Source: Alkalispirochaeta sp. (GTDB taxonomy: Bacteria > Spirochaetota > Spirochaetia > DSM-27196 > Alkalispirochaetaceae). From it: DNA of 64,000 nt. Positions 58,832 to 64,000 of this stretch are shown here, piece by piece. The translations under genes and the position numbers were made by a program. The notes beneath the pieces are model-generated. The model did no database searches. It was not told where the DNA came from and was given only the letters and a program-made list of their open reading frames with translations. The DNA lies in the NCBI GenBank assembly GCA_965242725.1, contig CBDESZ010000003.1, positions 32,001 through 96,000 on the forward strand, written 5' to 3'. Within the stretch, counting starts at the first letter, position 1; each line of letters opens with the position of its first letter.

Positions 58832-59877
58832 GCGGCACGACGGACGCGTTCAAATTCGGCAACATGTACCGCCGTCATGTGTTCCACGGTGTAGTGCTTT
58901 ATCGCTTCTTCCCGAAGATCCTCGCTCCATCGTGAAAGAACCTCAGGGTCTGCCTGAAGGGAATCAAGAAACTGCCGGACCGCCGCATCATCGCCAAATG
59001 ACAGAAAGGGCTGTCCCGTGACCCGGGCTGCCCACACCTCGGGCCCGTGGTAACTGTCGTTGTCGACGGCAATTGCCTTTCCATGCCGCGCCGCCTCTAT
59101 GACCAACAGACCCGTATTGCCGGGACTGACGACGATGTGTGCCCAGTCAAAGTGATCGTTCAGGGCCGTTCCAACCGCACGGTCGTGGACAGTCACGCGT
59201 CCCGTATCTGCCAGTTCCGGTGGTATCGAAAGCACATCCATCCCGGGACCGACGATGCGGACGTCGACATCGTCAAAGACCTCGGCAAAATGGATGAGGC
59301 GTTCAATTTTCTTTCTGGGTTTATAGGTTCCCACAAAGAGGAGATGAATCCGTGTCTGTTCCCGGGGTACCGCAGACCGGCGAAATTCGTCGCGACGGAC
59401 GGATGTGTTGTTATAGCTCACCGCTTCCAGGTGATACTCCTCGGACAGACGGTGACGGACCTGTTCGCTGTGGACGAGGATTCCTCCCGCGGCGGCCATG
59501 ATGCGCCGGCGCACCGCATGGAGAAGCCGGTTGTCATGTTCACCGAATATAAGCCCCCACCAGATCCACCGGCGCCGACGCTTCCGTGAGGCGAGAAATG
59601 CCGCAACCCGGGAGATGTGACGGGGATTGGCGGAGGCACAAATGACCTCCCAGTCTTCTGACTGGATCAACGTGTGTACTTCCGGTTGACGACGAAATCC
59701 CATGAATGTGCGCGGCGCCGCCTCAATGTAGCGATATCCCTGCCGCTCCGCAGGCGGCGTCAGACGGTCCGGTCCACACGGCTGGGCAAGGACCGTGAGT
59801 TCCACCTCCTTGCTCAATTGGCGGAGAAACTCCTCCCGATAGTCAGGTGCATGATTCAGGATAAACAGAACTTTCAT
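58801..59877 (-). CDS. GT4-like glycosyltransferase
   Basis: P.YR..F, W.WWG, FVG..K.RK.I, PG..GL..IEA, HGPE. ATG overlaps the GT2 stop. Confidence 0.75.
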   Translation of the reverse strand: MKVLFILNHAPDYREEFLRQLSKEVELTVLAQPCGPDRLTPPAERQGYRYIEAAPRTFMGFRRQPEVHTLIQSEDWEVICASANPRHISRVAAFLASRKRRRRWIWWGLIFGEHDNRLLHAVRRRIMAAAGGILVHSEQVRHRLSEEYHLEAVSYNNTSVRRDEFRRSAVPREQTRIHLLFVGTYKPRKKIERLIHFAEVFDDVDVRIVGPGMDVLSIPPELADTGRVTVHDRAVGTALNDHFDWAHIVVSPGNTGLLVIEAARHGKAIAVDNDSYHGPEVWAARVTGQPFLSFGDDAAVRQFLDSLQADPEVLSRWSEDLREEAIKHYTVEHMTAVHVAEFERVRRAAQEEEAEPPA

Positions 59878-60797
59878 GTATTTCTCCACGTGAACGTACG
59901 GCCGAGGGTCTTCATGTATTCCCCGGCGAGACCGATCGCTTCCCCCGAACGTCCATGAATCGCCGCTGAAACTCCGCGGCGAAGAAATGGGAATCGCTGC
60001 AGAAGGCGCCGGGGATCGACCGATCGCTCCCAGTCGAGGGGATCGAGAAGGGGAATCATATCGGTGCCGCCCCTGTCGACGACGATGCCGTTCTGAATCG
60101 CCAGGGTTGAATATTTGTGCTGAAGGAGACTCTTCTTCCAGCTGGCAGAAACCGATTCGGGAATGGTTATTTTGTCAAAAAGTATGTCCGCAGTATTAAC
60201 GATCGGTCCCCGGCGACTGAGACGAATCCACAGGTCCGAGTCCTGGGCGTACCGGAAAAAGGGGCGGTACCCGCCGATGGCGTCATAGTCCTTCCGGCGT
60301 ATGACGGCGCATTCATGGGTCGCCGGTTTGGGTATGACATTATCGACGAGATTCCGCGGCGCGATGCCGTCGCGGATGCGCGTGTGAATGACTCTGCCTT
60401 CCGGTGACCGGACGCGGACGCTGCAACCGGCGGCAACAGCTTCCTTGTTTTCCTGCAATAAACGAAAAAGCACGGAAAGGCGGCGGGGTGAAGATACATC
60501 TCCGGAACCGTGCAGCCCGATGAAAGGAGCCGTTGTCCGTTCCTCGATGCATCGCTTGAGGGAGACGGTAAAGCCCTCGTTATCCTTGCCCCAGACGATA
60601 AGTTCCACTCCGGCACGGCGGGCGGCCGGAATCATCGCCTCCAGGCGGGCCCGGGTGTCGTCGGTGGAACCGTCATCGACGGCAAAGACCCGATATCCTT
60701 CAAAGTCCTGATGAATGATGCTTCCGATCGATTCTTCTACGCGGTACGCCCGATTGTACCACACAGTGACTACGTCGATTTGCGTCTGTTGTGCCAT
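59874..60797 (-). CDS. GT2 glycosyltransferase
   Basis: VV..YNR, VDDGSTDDT, N.G, GGYR..F..AQD.DLW.R. Confidence 0.88.
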   Translation of the reverse strand: MAQQTQIDVVTVWYNRAYRVEESIGSIIHQDFEGYRVFAVDDGSTDDTRARLEAMIPAARRAGVELIVWGKDNEGFTVSLKRCIEERTTAPFIGLHGSGDVSSPRRLSVLFRLLQENKEAVAAGCSVRVRSPEGRVIHTRIRDGIAPRNLVDNVIPKPATHECAVIRRKDYDAIGGYRPFFRYAQDSDLWIRLSRRGPIVNTADILFDKITIPESVSASWKKSLLQHKYSTLAIQNGIVVDRGGTDMIPLLDPLDWERSVDPRRLLQRFPFLRRGVSAAIHGRSGEAIGLAGEYMKTLGRTFTWRNT

Positions 60798-60891
60798 TCC
60801 AGCCCTTTCACGATGGATTGTACGTGAATTGCACGCCGTTGTCGCCCGCCCTCCCTTATCATGGCCGGGAGATACGGTTTATAACGGTCCC

Positions 60892-61977
60892 GTGGTCGTT
60901 CACTTTCACGCTGATGACTGGCTGCTCTCGTCCGAGGGGAATCTGATGCGCCGGAGCACCGACGGAGGTGCGACCTGGCAGGAGATCGGCCGCATCCGGC
61001 CGGGCAGTGAAGGGGGGGCAGGCCGGCGCTATCGCCTCGGAATCGGCCGGTTGGGGCGCCGCCTCGTCAGAGGCGGTATTCGTCACGCCGTTTGCGGCGG
61101 CTCGCCGGAAGCCCGGACGATCATTGCCGTGGCGGCAAAACGGTTTTACCGCATGGACGGTACGGTTTTCGGGCACACCGGTAGGGCGGCGCCCGATGAA
61201 TCGGTCGTTCCCGGCGCCTTTGCCGTCGGTTCCAATCCGCTGTGCACGCCCGCCGTCGTTCCGGCCGCGACCATCTATTACGGTGAGTATCGCGCCAATC
61301 CGGAGCGCTCGCCCGTTCACGTCTGGCGCAGCGACGACCATGCAGCCACCTTCCACCCCGCCTGGACCTTCGCCGACGTCAGGCATGTACATGGCGTTTT
61401 TGCCGATCCATTTGATCCCGCCGCCCTCTGGGTGACCACCGGCGACGACGACTCCGAGAGCGCGATATGGTGTACAACAGACGCGTTTCGGACACTTGAG
61501 CCGATGGTCCGGGGCGGACAGCAGGCGCGGGCGGTGGACCTCATATTTACCACTGATGCCGTCTATTTCGGCTCGGATACGCCTCGTGAACAGAACTGGT
61601 GGTACCGCATGGATCGCCGCACCGGCCGTGTGGAGCGACAGATTCCCGTCGGCGGCAGCGTCTTCTGGGCGCGGACGACGCCCGACGGCTGGCGTGTCTT
61701 CTCCACGGTGGTTGAAAAAAGTGCGGTCAACAAGAGTCGGTACGCCGAGCTCTGGGCCGCTCCTCCCGGCAATGACGAGTGGCGTCGCATCCTCGCGTTG
61801 AAAAAGGACCCCTTCCACGACAAGTACTTTGACCATGGGCAGATCCGCTTCGCCGCGGGGCCCGGGGCGCCGGGTATCGTCTGGATCACGCCGTACGCCG
61901 TTGCGGGGGATCAGCAAAGCAGGATAATCGAACTTGCGTCGAGGTGGGCGGATGCACCGTCGGGAGCGGTTCGGTGA
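60892..61977 (+). CDS. BNR/beta-propeller-like hypothetical protein of glycan loci (start inferred)
   Basis: RS.DGG.TW and RS.D....F Asp-boxes, YGEY..N, RH.H.V..DP, W..TGD, FGSD.P. Confidence 0.65.
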   Translation: MVVHFHADDWLLSSEGNLMRRSTDGGATWQEIGRIRPGSEGGAGRRYRLGIGRLGRRLVRGGIRHAVCGGSPEARTIIAVAAKRFYRMDGTVFGHTGRAAPDESVVPGAFAVGSNPLCTPAVVPAATIYYGEYRANPERSPVHVWRSDDHAATFHPAWTFADVRHVHGVFADPFDPAALWVTTGDDDSESAIWCTTDAFRTLEPMVRGGQQARAVDLIFTTDAVYFGSDTPREQNWWYRMDRRTGRVERQIPVGGSVFWARTTPDGWRVFSTVVEKSAVNKSRYAELWAAPPGNDEWRRILALKKDPFHDKYFDHGQIRFAAGPGAPGIVWITPYAVAGDQQSRIIELASRWADAPSGAVR

Positions 61978-63795
61978 CGACCGGATCGACGGGGAAGGGG
62001 GGCCGCGCCGGCCGCCTCCATCGCCTGGGGCGATTATACCGCACCGTCCGCCACCTCCGCCCCCGACAGATCGTCTTCCGTCTCGTCCGGCGCGGCCCCG
62101 CCGCCCGCCTGGAGAAGCGCATACTCGGTCCGCGGTGGCGCCGCTTCAGCCGATGCATGGAAGGTGTCACCCGCACGGTTGTGGACACCCCCACTGGGCA
62201 GAATCCCTTCGCCGCTGCGCCGAATCCGCCGGCGATCCTTGCACGGGAGGGCCTGTCGGTAGACGGCGTCCCGGCGCCGGTCGATCCCGGCGAGTGGATC
62301 GAGGCCGGACATTCCCGCTTCCGCCTCTACCGCCTCCACGCAAATCTCTTTCTCGCCCATCCGGAGACGGACGGAGCGGCGGCCGTCGCATTTCTCGGGA
62401 GATATATCGCCCTACTCGCGGGGGAAGATGAAGCCGGTCGGGCGGACGCCTTTCAGGTCGCCTGGGAACCCCATCCCCTTTCTTTGCGCATCATCAGCTG
62501 GGTTCAATGTGCCGCCGCCGCTGCGGCGAGGGGGTGGGAGCTTCCCCGCCGTTTTCCCCGCCGCCCTTTTTTGTCAGGCCCGGGTTCTCTCGCGGCGTGT
62601 TGAGTATGAAACCGACGGAAACCACCTCATAGACAACGCCGCCGCGCTTGTCCTTGCAGCGCGGCTCCTTGGAACCTGGGGCGCCCCTGATGCGGGAGTT
62701 TTGTATCTCCGGGGCGTTCGTCTCCTGCTACGGGAACTTCCACGGCAGCTCCTCCCGACGGGGTTTCACGACGAGCGTTCACCCATGTACCACAACCTCA
62801 TGACCGAAAAGGTGCTGGATGTTCTGGCCGTTCTTGATCCAGATAAACGTAGTGAAAGCAGGTTGATCGGCTATGCACGGGAGATGGTCCGGCGGGCAGG
62901 GTTCTTTGGCGACGTTCAGCCCGCTCTGAACGATACCTTTCCGGGTATGGGACCCGCGGCGGAGGATCTTAACCGGTACGCCGCCGCGCTTGGCATTTCG
63001 TCCGGGGACGGCGGTTCCCCGGATGTTGCCGCTCTTTCTGCCGTGGCCCCTCGCCGGTTTGCTCCCGCTCTGTACAACGTCATTCGCGGTCACTTCCGCG
63101 TCCTTTTTGACGCCGACGCCGTGGGGCCCGATCACGTCCCGGGACACGCCCACGCCGATACGCTTCAAATCCTCCTGTGGTACGACGGCGTCCCCACACT
63201 TGTGGACACCGGGACGAGCACCTATGATCCCGGCCCGCGCCGGGAATACGAGCGGAGCACCGCCGCCCATAACACCGTTGCCGTCGGAGGGGGCGATTCC
63301 AGCGAGGTGTGGGGTGCGTTTCGTGTCGGTCGCCGCGCCCTGGTCATCGAAAACCGCACGCTTGTGGACACTCCCCGGGAATGGAAAGCGGAGGCCGCCC
63401 ACGACGGCTTCCGGTGGCGCGGCGCCATCCACCGGCGGGCGGTATCGCTTACTCCTGAGCGGATTGTCGTGACCGATCGGGTGATCCCCGCCGGCGGTGC
63501 CGGAGCGTCCCGCCGTGCTGCTTCCGGTCCGCTCGCCCCCGGGTCGGGCGGCTCCTCACCCGCGACACCCAACCGCGCCTTTTGGCACGTCGCGCCGGAA
63601 GTCGCGCTGACGGTACGGAAAATCTCCGCGAGGCGGGTTGCCCTGAACGGTCTTGAGTGTGAATTCCGCGGCGCGACGAAGTTCTATATAAAGAAAAGTG
63701 AGATCGCGGCGGGCTTTGAGAAGCGTGTGGAAAGCGTTACAATCGTCGTTGAATTTGAATCGGAATTGGAGTCAATCATTGAACCAGGACATTAA
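61974..63795 (+). pseudogene. Heparinase II/III-family protein split by one frameshift at ~62545 (possible sequencing error)
   Basis: RT.RHL...QI..R and WEP.P.SLRI..W in the first frame. E....GNHL..NA, G.H.ERSPMYH, PGHAHAD, VD.G...Y, RST.AHNT, A.HDG in the second. Shift lies in CTTCCCCGCC. Confidence 0.8.
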
Positions 63796-64000
63796 AACCA
63801 TTTGTGTGGTCGGGCTGGGATATATCGGGCTGCCTACGGCGGCACTTCTTGCCAATCGGGGATATCGCGTCTTCGGCGTCGATGTGCAGGCGCGGGTGGT
63901 GGAAACCATCAACCGCGGGGAGATCCATATCGTTGAACCGGATCTGGACAGTTTTGTCCGTTCCGCCGTGGGAACCGGCGCCTTGACGGCGCATGCCGAC
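63779..64000 (+). CDS. wecC: UDP-N-acetyl-D-mannosamine dehydrogenase (3' truncated by window edge)
   Basis: TTG start with GGAG RBS. Reads ICVVGLGYIGLPTAA......V.GVD....VV..IN.G..HIVEP.L. Absent from the ORF track because it has no stop. Confidence 0.85.
   Translation, partial: MNQDIKTICVVGLGYIGLPTAALLANRGYRVFGVDVQARVVETINRGEIHIVEPDLDSFVRSAVGTGALTAHAD

Overview
Bacterial surface-glycan super-locus, most likely from a free-living spirochaete (Spirochaetaceae). This taxon call is inferred only from the spirochaete-style solute-binding-protein leader VVFATGAAE and the gene content. (1) 1-8341: 3' part of a legionaminic-acid-type nonulosonate pathway (NeuD/PglD-like acetyltransferase, NeuB, NeuC, CBS-nucleotidyltransferase, NeuA). 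It carries an inserted ACP / adenylation enzyme / ketoreductase / GNAT cassette and a PIG-L deacetylase. (2) 8356-15207: a frameshifted wHTH regulator with a palindromic operator candidate, then a pseudaminic-acid pathway (pseB-C-F-G-I) with a formyltransferase where PseH would be. (3) 15400-16367: nested IS66/IS3 relics. (4) 16476-24723: an AT-rich Wzx/Wzy block with an Asn-synthase-like protein, GT4, acyltransferase, KpsS-like transferase and WecG/TagA. (5) 24982-27328: a full-length but damaged IS66 with an 8-bp TSD. (6) 27382-39040: GC-rich backbone with a LolCDE/LolA-like exporter split by TA modules (MNT-HEPN fusion, RHH-PIN), wzz, a polar amino-acid ABC transporter and an RHH-RelE-like pair. 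(7) 39134-39387: a repeat- and hairpin-rich intergenic region. (8) 39417-64000: a second glycan cluster apparently dedicated to a sulfated polysaccharide. It has an SLC13 permease, CysQ, CysD, CysNC, four sulfotransferases, Wzi, an ABC flippase, GTs, a ParB/Srx-like protein, a heparinase II/III-like gene and the start of wecC. No rRNA, tRNA or CRISPR array was seen. All calls come from motif recognition by eye; no database searches were run.
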